A DNA stretch of 63,289 nucleotides, counting the filler, from Intoshia linei (lineage: Eukaryota; Animalia; Orthonectida), in NCBI GenBank assembly GCA_001642005.1. It is 5 parts of 5 records of this genome, joined end to end, with 100 filler letters (N's around TTAATTAATTAA, not from the genome) between each part and the next. Parts side by side here need not be neighbours in the genome. Positions count along the whole stretch, not along the records: positions 41,861 to 60,810 come from LWCA01000756.1; positions 60,911 to 63,289 come from LWCA01002329.1; 3 more parts are not named here. The stretch is one strand, 5' to 3'. This document shows, piece after piece, positions 54,101 through 63,289 of the stretch (positions are counted from its first letter, which is position 1; the number at the start of each line of letters is the position of its first letter). Made by a program: the position numbers and the translations under genes. The notes beneath the pieces are model-generated. The model had not been told where the DNA came from, made no database searches, and saw only the letters and a list, made by a program, of their open reading frames with translations.

Positions 54101-57100
54101 TATGTTCAATTGTTATGTAAATGTTTTCCGCTACTACTTAATTCGTCTATTTTCTGAGTCTTTAACATTACATTTGAATAGTCTATTTTTGATTAATGAA
54201 TTCGGTGGTATGACCAGGGCTACTACATTTTCCGATAATTTTCAATGGAAAATAGATAATATATCTACTGGATATTGCAGTAGTACTTACAAAGCTTTTA
54301 GTGGATATGATAGTTGACACGTTTTCATAAATGTTTGAAGTAAGTGCATACAGGAGAGGTCGTGGAAAAAGTCATATGTCCCGTGTCTACAATCATGAAG
54401 GCCTACTTTTGTAATTTATTAACAGGTATTGATGAAAAATTTCTTAAGTATATCATAATTTCGATAATCAATGCGATTTCCAATAGTTATTTTTCATTTG
54501 TAGATAATGAACGTTCGATTAATTAATGTATAAAGATCCATTTATAAAAAAAATTTTATAGGGGCTTATACTTTCCATCGAGCCCGGGTCTACTGTTGGC
54601 TCTCCACGACCATTATTATGACAAAATCAGCTTTAATTCTTAAATTGTATCCGTTTTAATTTAAGTAAGTAATTTAGAAAAAATAGTCCCCTATTTTACA
54701 AAAATTTCGTCAAGCTACCCCTCCCCAATAAGTTATCGGATACGGTAGGTTCGGTACTGTCTCGAAAAGCTAGTTAAAGATTAGTCGATAAAAAGTAGAT
54801 GAAGAAAAATATAAACGTATATTAAAAAACTAAACGTTGGACTCCCAACTTGGGAACACTTTTCCATTCGCTCTTATAGCCTCCATTGATCTATCATGCT
54901 ATGATCACTGATTATAGATTATTAAATGACTATTTTATTATCAATATTACCCTAATATATCGATCTCGTCCTCCTGTCGCCAATAGAATAGAATTATCTA
55001 CATGCCAATCGAGAGAAAATACAGGATCAAAATGAGCGCAAAATTTATGCAAACTATATTTTGAATTTCTTATATCCCACATCTAATGTTGATATAATTA
55101 TGTAACAATTAATATAGCTTTTTTAACAATTTCAGTTTTAAAACTTTAATTTTGAAATTGTAAATGTTAAACGATTTTTGTATTGAAAATCGCAAAACAG
55201 ACTAGAAACATTACTTTTTCGTTTGAAAAAATCACCGAAACTGATGAAAACTCCAAGCCCAATAATACCAAACATGTATGCAAATATAGTGTTTTGTAAT
55301 TGTAACCACCAGTGAACACAATTTTAAGGAATATTTTCGAAAAATAGATCCAAAGTACCTTGTAAGGAAAAATTGTGTCAAAATTGTAAAATTGTGTTGA
55401 ACTGCCAGATTATACTACTCATAGAAGCTATATAATTATAAACAAAAATATTATAATATATCCAATATTTCATGTTTCCTTTGGTATCCAAAAAAATATA
55501 TTTTTAAATAGGGGTCCGTAGTACGGACTCCGTACGCTATTTGAATCGAAAACTACTGCTCTAGAGCTTATTCTAGAGAAAATGCAAGCTTTAAGTTGAT
55601 CTCAATGAGAAATTCCCATCATGTCCGACGTTACCTAAAAAGGTTGAGAACCTCTTTACTCATATTGAAACAGATATTAAAATGAATCATGTTACATTTT
55701 TAAATTCCCAAATAAGCATTTAACAATTAAAGAATAATAAACAAACCTGCACATTTCCATTGTCTAAGGCAGCAAGGAAATGGTATCGGTTAGTTGGTAT
55801 AAAACTAATGTCTCGTACCATAACTTGTGGATTTGAACAAAATTCTTTATTATCCATCTCTCTTATGTCATAAAGTTTAATGGTTCCATCTTGCGATGAA
55901 CTTAATATCAATGATTCATTGAATGGACAGAATATGACTCGTGTTATAGTTCTATTTTGTTGATGAAAAATTCTATCTACATTAAGATGTAAACACGGAT
56001 TAATATATTTTATTTTTACAAACCTTGCTTCGTACCAACTGACGTATCAATTTTCCACAAAACAACAGAACCATTAACAGACCCTGAAGCCATCATACTA
56101 GCTATTTTATGCAATTATATAACAATAAATGTGTATAATATTCTGTATATTCTAGTGTTGTGTAAAAGTTAAATTAGCCTGGTTCCCAATAATAAAAACA
56201 TTTAAATTACAAAAATAGACCCAGAAAACTAATTAAAAAATGTATTAATATTTTAAAACTTGAAGGATTTTATGGTGCGTACCGTCGGTTAATGAAACCT
56301 TTACACGACGTTAATAATTAATAAAATAATTGTTAAAGTTTGTAGTTTCATTTAAAGTTAAACTTAAATTACAGTCAGACCTCTCAATACAACCATTATA
56401 TTTCAATTTTATAACAAACTTATAAGAAATTTTTTGGATCCACAAATATAGGAAAAATATGATTATACAATTTTAAATCTACTAATCTAAAATCATTAAT
56501 ATTTTTATTATAATTATATCTAATTTATAGTTTATAAAATCAGCTTTGGATTGGTTTCTATGCTTGTACTTCCTTTAAAGGGTTTACCATGTTTTGTGTA
56601 TAATTTTGTTTTTTTAATTTCAGCTTTAGCTAATTTATTTTTGATTTTAATGATGTTTGAATTCCTCATAATTAACCCCAAAAAATATAGATAAAGTTTA
56701 ATTTTAAAGCAGTTGTTCCAGATTCAAATTGTGTACGGGCTTCTGTTTCAAAATATTTATTTTTTTGTAACCAAAGGAAACATGAAATATAAAACATTTA
56801 TGAAAAAATTAAAAGTTTTTTCTCATAAGATTTGGTAACATCGTTTTTCAAAAAAATATTGGAAACAAAGGATTTTTCCTTATCAGTTGGTCAAATTGGA
56901 TTTTTTATATTATGGTTGGATTAAGTGGATTTTTTAAAAAAATATCGATAAAAGTCGATTTGTCCCTGGATGTTTGAAATGGTATTTTTTATTAACACTT
57001 ATGGCACTGTAAATTTTATTAATGGTTGAATAACAGTGGGTTGAAATAATAATGTAGAGGTCGTATAGACTTTAGGATAAAATCCTTAACATCTAGAAAT

Positions 57101-59105
57101 TCTGTAATAAATATTAAAAAATCTATATAAATAATGAAAAGTTGATAGAAATTTTATTTGAATCTCATGGACTCAGAAATATAGTTTTTGACCCCTAAGG
57201 GGTCTAGGAACCCCATTCAGGAACCACTGATATAAATATACATACATATTTTTTTGTACTTATTTCTAAGTAGATTGTACATTGTTAATAGATTTTTGTA
57301 ATTTAATTTGTAGGTTATAATATGGTATCTTAATATTTCAGTTTTAACTTGGGTCTGTAGTGGATGATATTATTGTATAAAGTATTTCATAAGATTAACC
57401 TAATTATTAACCTCACAAGGATAATAATAAAGAGATATATATAAAAAAGATTAAAGGAATTGACATAATTACATTTAATTTTCAAAAATTAGTTTTTTAA
57501 TTTTTATACTGACATTCCAAAATCATCAAACTTACAATTCAATATTTTTACTGACAAAAATACCATTATATACTGACAAGAAAGCAATTATAAACTGACA
57601 AATATGTAATTGAATACTAACAAAATACTTTTTATTATTGATATTTTAGTGTGTATACTGACAATTTTATGTTGAAAATACAGAAAATTTTTTATTAATT
57701 ACATTTATTTCTATACAGTCGATTCTGTTCTATATAAACATGAAGGGACCAGGTTTTGATCGTGTTCATACTATACTGTAATATAAAAATATATGAATGG
57801 TGATAAGAATATAATTAAAAGTTTCGAAATGTCCCACTCAATGTTAGTTCAAACATTGAGTGGGACATTTTATACAGTGTTCATATAGAACAGAATCGAC
57901 TGTATATAGTAATAAATATAATAAAAATTTAAACAGTTTCATTATGATTACAATTAGATTTGGACCAAATAACATCCGAGCAAACAAAATTCAAATTGTT
58001 CTTTAGTGGTTTTAAATTTGTTACAGCAGAAAATCCATCTTCGAGGATATTAAATATTTTAAAAACTAAAATTTAATATAATTAAACAATACACACTTAC
58101 TAGATGCTGTCATAATTACCAGAAAATAATAATAGTTCTCAAAAACAGTACCGATCCAAGAAGAGATCTTCAAAAGAAATCCAAGAATTTTAAAAAACGC
58201 AAATGATAATAATATTCTCATCAATTTTATTATGTGAAATTTGAATCTTCAGTAAAAATCACAAATTATCCATTATTGTTAAAAATAAAAAACACAGTAA
58301 TTGTAATATTTCTTTTTCCTTAATTTTTAATATGAAATAATCGGTTCGTGGTAAAACAAGTTTGCAAATTTCTGATTCAGAGGGCTGATAAAAGTGAATG
58401 GTAACATGTTTAGTGTAGGTAATAGTGAGATGTTTATACAGTAGATTCTCTCTATATTAAAGTGTCAATTTGCTTCAACATAGAGAAACATTCATGTACT
58501 ATGATCTTGTAACTTACAAAAGTGACAGCTTAATTTTATAAAGTCGAAATTTCAATTACAGTTTTTTTCCAGGGTGCTAGAAAAATAAATTAAAAAAAAT
58601 ATATCTTTAGGGCCAAAACCTCAAATTACTCTTTTTTTTTAATGAAAACAGCCTTAGAATTTAAAAAAATTTACAGGTTCTATACGCAAATGTTAACAAA
58701 CAATACAATTAAGATAAAATAATTCTCTTTAAACTAAAAAGTAATGTGATATGACGGTTCCACCTGAAACAAGTTTGGGAACCACTCCTTTAAAAATTAA
58801 TAATAGTCAATAGTAAGATTTTGAAGTTAGATTTTCAACGTGAATCTATTTTTTTGGTATAATAAAAATGTGCCCTCTGCAGAGCTAGGTGGTTTGTACG
58901 TAGTACATAACAGTCAACCTAGTATACATATTTTTGCATATACATTTTTATATTATAACTTAATTTAAATTGACAGTTTCTGTTTGTCACCCTGACATTT
59001 AATATATAAATATAATCCTATACTATATCTTCCTGCAACAACAATTTGTTTTTCATCTCCTCTTAAACTAAGTGAATTTAATGGGGTTTTGAGCTCTTGT
59101 TTCAT
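48124..59105 (-). CDS. WDR24: GATOR2 complex subunit WDR24, multi-exon
   Basis: QIVVAGR/FKIF..., CSDVIWS, SSSQDG, DNGNVQ/MWDIR, ATGGRD, VRWRP, WNTDRP, C-terminal RING LYTWCLGCSHGGHIQHMKSWF...CPSGCGHCC*; middle exons not all resolved. Confidence 0.9.
51200..51612. repeat. Degenerate ~29-30 bp minisatellite in foldback arrangement
   Basis: About ten units of ttaagggttgataaaactggatttttccc preceded by inverted units; related array at ~28985-29160. Confidence 0.65.
52809..54080 (+). mobile_element. Degenerate hAT (Buster/Charlie-like) element in WDR24 intron
   Basis: Terminus cagtggttcttaacc; FSLQLDESTDV, KEEYLFC, CEAGLS motifs. Confidence 0.75.
57716..57902. mobile_element. TA-flanked MITE with internal perfect hairpin
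   Basis: TIRs cagtcgattctgttctatat; 19-bp perfect inverted repeat at 57827-57870. Confidence 0.8.
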
Positions 59106-59292
59106 TTTTCTTCATCAATAACATGAAAGGAAATTTATGAACTAATTACAAAATGTTAAATACAAGTCATATTTCACTAACCATTTATACATTATCTATT
59201 TCGAAATTTGCTTTTTTAACTTTATTATGACTATTTCAAAATTTCAAAGACTAACAGTTAATTTTGCCATTTTCTGAAGTGCTTAGTAAAAT

Positions 59293-60045
59293 TCTTTACT
59301 TATATAAAAATAAACGTATGTGCATGTAACCATTTATTGAAAAAATTGACAGTCGCAAGATTTAAAAAATCCAATTTTTCCCAGAGCCTGTTTTTATCTA
59401 TTTTTCAGTTTCAGAATTTGAGTCTTTCATGGTCAAAAACCCAATTTTTCTTTTGTTTAAAAAAAATCAGCCCAAAAAATGAATAAAACATACATTCTGG
59501 GACGCGTTTTAAAATCATTAACATTGTCGTTAATCTCAGACTCATAAACGCATACCTTCATGGTCAAAACCACAATTACCTTTTGCTTTTAAAAATGAAA
59601 CGTCCTAAAATTTTTTAAACATAAGTTGTGGGATAGTTTTAAAAATGACAAATATTATCATAAATGGAAACCTCAAAAATTCTTATTTCGAAACTATTTT
59701 ATTAAAACAAAAAATTTGAAATCATTAATGGTTCTACAATTAAAAAAAAGATTATTCTGATGGAGCTTATTTCAATTGAAATAAATACAAAATTTCAACG
59801 GCAGAAATCTATGCATTCCCGGTAAAAATGATAGTGATAATATTATTCATGTTTTAATTATAATGATCCTACAATTTATAAATAAAAAATTGTCTTCACA
59901 GGTTTGGGAACCATTTCTTTAAAATATTGGTAATACTGAATAGTGCCATTTTTATATGAGATTTTATTTTTTTGGTAAAATTAAAATAGACCGCCCTCGG
60001 CAACGCTAGGTGCTTCTTGTACGAAGTACAAAACAGCCAAGCTAG
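59293..60045 (+). mobile_element. Apparently complete non-autonomous Helitron-like element
   Basis: 5' TCtttacttatataa, 3' short palindrome tgtacgaagtaca then CTAG|T; no TIR or TSD. Confidence 0.65.
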
Positions 60046-60329
60046 TTAATTATAAAAATGTACACTGCGTTCACGTTCATTAGAACATAACTAATATATG
60101 TCATAAATATTTTTCACCAAAGATTTGAGTACTTACAATTAAGTGAAATGAGAAGATCATCTTAGTAAATATTTTAACTTTATTTTTTGAAACTGAATGA
60201 ATCTTCACTTATATTTTGCAATTAATAAAAATCGAGTTATATAGTACTGTACACAGTTATAAAAACATTTATTAAAAGTGATTTTTTTATCGATTTTAAT
60301 TGATAAAAATATTTTTAATTACTACATAG

Positions 60330-60810
60330 ATACATGTATGTGACCACCTTGTTTCTCCAACAATTTGATCAATCTGCTATCCATTGAACCTGTAAGTTTC
60401 TTTATTTCAGCTTTTGTTACTTCACTAATGACAATTTTAATTTTGCGCCATAAATCATTCTTACATTGAAATTGATGACCACCAGAATATATACGTCTAA
60501 AATAAATAATTATTTATCAATTCATCTTGAAAAAATGACCAGAAATTCTCGATACAATTGAGATCAGGGGAATAAGGTGGCCAAATCATCAATTTATCAC
60601 CATGAATTCCTTTATTTTTCAAAACTTCTTTCGTCAATGCAGATAAGTGAGACGGAGCATTATCTTGTTGAACTACAAAATTTTGAGGCTTAAATTCCTC
60701 TTGGTTTTCGATCCATTTAAATAACCCTTCTTCCAATAATAATTTATACTGTAGGAAATTAATCTTTATACCATCTTTGATTCTTATAGGGCCAATTAAT
60801 GAACCATTAC
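60330..60810 (-). mobile_element. DD37E (TRT/ITmD37E-like) transposase 3' fragment
   Basis: QQDNAPSH to IENFW spacing is 37 residues; WPPYSPDLN; downstream GHQF...SMDSRL. Confidence 0.8.
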
Positions 60811-60910
60811 NNNNNNNNNNNNNNNNNNNNNNNNNNNNNNNNNNNNNNNNNNNNTTAATTAATTAANNNNNNNNNNNNNNNNNNNNNNNNNNNNNNNNNN
60901 NNNNNNNNNN
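60811..60910. other. Artificial contig spacer
   Basis: 44 N + TTAATTAATTAA + 44 N. Confidence 0.97.
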
Positions 60911-61939
60911 ATTAATTAATATTTTAATGACTTTCATTTTCAATTCAAATAAATTTAATGAATTGTGAATCAATTGTTGTCTTGTTGTTTAGTAACTTTA
61001 AGTGCTAGAAATTTTTTAGTGCCATAAAAAATTGCATTTGTCGACTCTACTTATAATATTCTGTATAGTGTCCAAATTTGGGATTCTCAATGTCATATTT
61101 ATCATTCTTCAAATTAAAATATCAAATTTTTTGTTTGTTAGTGAACATACCATTCGAGGCAATTGAGTGTAGTTTTTTTGTATTATTAGTTTCTTCGTTT
61201 TAATTAATTAAAATCAGGAAAAAAAACGAAAATACTTTATTATCTTGAAAAAATTATGATAAATCATGGAAACAATAGTTTTTAAAATTTTACATATTTA
61301 TTTTGTTAAAATTTAACAGTCATTTTGTTTCAATGTCAACAATATTACCGTCGCAAATTTTTTTACATATCCCAGAGATCTCTCACAAATTTCCTTTGTA
61401 ACATCCACATTGATAGGATATGATCGCAACATATATTTTCGATTAAAGCATTCCAATTTTTCACCTTCCAGTATTCCTCGTAATAATTTAATCGATTCAG
61501 TTTGTCTTCTACAAGTGAACCAAGCAGGCACCCTATAATCGAAAACAAATTTGCACGCATCAATTATAGCTGCAGATTTGTCTGAACTAAGTAGATAATA
61601 TTTTAACAAATGTAGTGTTGGTTACACGTTATAATTCATTAAAGTTTAACTCAAACAAATAAAATGCAACTTATTTATTACATTATCAAATTATTCTTAT
61701 TTTTTAAACAATTTATTATATGTTAATAGATGTATTATGAAATTTAACAATTATATAAATTAAAATTATGAAACATTTGTTGTTCTTTTTTCATTTATAA
61801 ATCATTTTATTTTAATTTTGATCCAAATTTTAAAATCTATAAAAAATCACATATTCTGTTAAAAAACCTCCGTCTTTCGAATCGATACGATTATTATTTT
61901 TAATTTACTTTTTCATAAAATGAATCTTTGCCTTTGTTA

Positions 61940-62240
61940 TCCATTAGATGATCGTTTTAATTAATAATCGTCACTCGACTTTCACGGCTACCATTGACAT
62001 ATTAATATTATACAAATTCTATAATATTGATTATTCCCTTGTTAGGTTGGCGATGGAAATTTTATGGAATCGAATTATTTTTAACCTAATGGATAATTTC
62101 ACTAATGGATGAACGTTTTAATTAATACTCGTCAATTAATTTTCATGGTTACCATTAAAATATTTATAGTATAAAATACTATATTATAGATTTCCCCTGC
62201 TCGGGTGACAAAGGAAAATTAATCGAATCGAATTAATTTT
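61940..62240 (+). repeat. Two diverged ~160-bp direct repeats
   Basis: gatga.cgttttaattaata.tcgtca...taccatt...gaatcgaatta occurs at ~61947 and ~62108. Confidence 0.55.
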
Positions 62241-63029
62241 TTTGCCAATCATCATTATTTACCACCTTTATCAAAATATCAAAAGTACTTTCTCAATTTC
62301 AAAAATTTTCTTTGTTTTTGAACCACCCTAATATATATAGAAATAATTTCAACATTTGAATATTTCATCATTGAAAAAATTTAATCGGTGTAGTAATAAA
62401 ATATCAACAAAAATAATTCATCATTTTTAAATTATAAACTTTATATAATTATTTTTTAATAATACCACTGAAGACATAATTAAATAAAAGTAATTTAACC
62501 CTTACGAGATATTTGCATGTATAGATGCCAAAAACTACTCATAAATTTAGATTGGTTTGTATAAAAACCAAATGTGAATACAAAATATTAGAATGGTTTG
62601 TAGACATGTTTTGTGTCTTACAACGAATATTCTGTTTGAAAGAAAAAAGACACATGTTTTCTCAATAGTTTCAAATAAATTGCATGAAATATATGTTAAA
62701 AAAGAATCGAAAATACTCTAAGAATTTTTTAATAATTACAGAATTGCTTCCAGGAGAGAATAAAAGAAACGTACTGATTTTTTGGAAAATTTACCACTTT
62801 AAGATCAAAAATCAAAATCCATATTTACGTGAAAGATTTAAACGTGATAGTATTATAAGAATGAATCTCAATTAAAAAGAGAAAAATGATCATATGCAAA
62901 AAGAACTTTTAATATTATGTTGTTTCACATAAAACACTCAGTATATAAAGTTATAAAAATTTTTGTCATAAATATATTGGCTGCATTTATTGAAATAAAC
63001 GATAACACACACAAATTGTCCTACAGAAA

Positions 63030-63169
63030 GGATTGATAATAGCGAATAGTAGGATTTTTAAGTTAAGTTAAGTTAGATTTTCAACGTGAATTTATTTTTT
63101 TGTATAATAAAAATGTGGCATCGGCAGAGCTAGGTTCTGTTTGTACGTAGTACATAACACTCAACCTAG
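63030..63169 (+). mobile_element. Helitron-like 3' end
   Basis: Matches 58800-58923; ends tgtacgtagtacataacactcaacCTAG|T. Confidence 0.6.
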
Positions 63170-63289
63170 TATATTATATATATATATAAATAAATGTATC
63201 CATCTGCCTTATTATTAAGTTATTAAACATTTAAGTACAGACCCGTCCATATGTTTTGAGCACTTAGTAAAATCGCCGCAATCTGTATA

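Noticed and set aside
61313-61609. Overlapping ORFs, perhaps decayed transposase
   Set aside because: No diagnostic motif could be confirmed

Overview
Very AT-rich eukaryotic (animal) DNA made of five contigs joined by artificial 100-nt spacers (44 N + TTAATTAATTAA + 44 N). Genes have many very short GT-AG introns. The Cys-rich caveolin suggests a compact spiralian genome, possibly orthonectid-like (inference). Host genes I could splice by hand: a neuronal calcium sensor, a caveolin 3' exon, a MAPEG-like membrane protein, RPA3, a Cys-loop receptor alpha-type subunit with an aberrant pore helix, 5' parts of CPSF3, DDX42 and ATE1, WDR24, and tRNA-Thr(AGT). Intergenic DNA and introns are full of TE debris (Ty3/Gypsy, Tc1 DD34E, DD37E, mariner, pogo/Tigger, hAT, a Helitron-like family, MITEs). 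Top finding: a decayed endogenous RNA-virus polymerase (alpha-like supergroup, nege/kita/virga-like) with a circularly permuted palm (GDD motif C before motifs A and B), directly abutting a Gypsy integrase fragment. Second: a Gypsy element with an H3K4me3-reader-type PHD finger after the integrase tail. All calls come from manual motif recognition; no searches were run.
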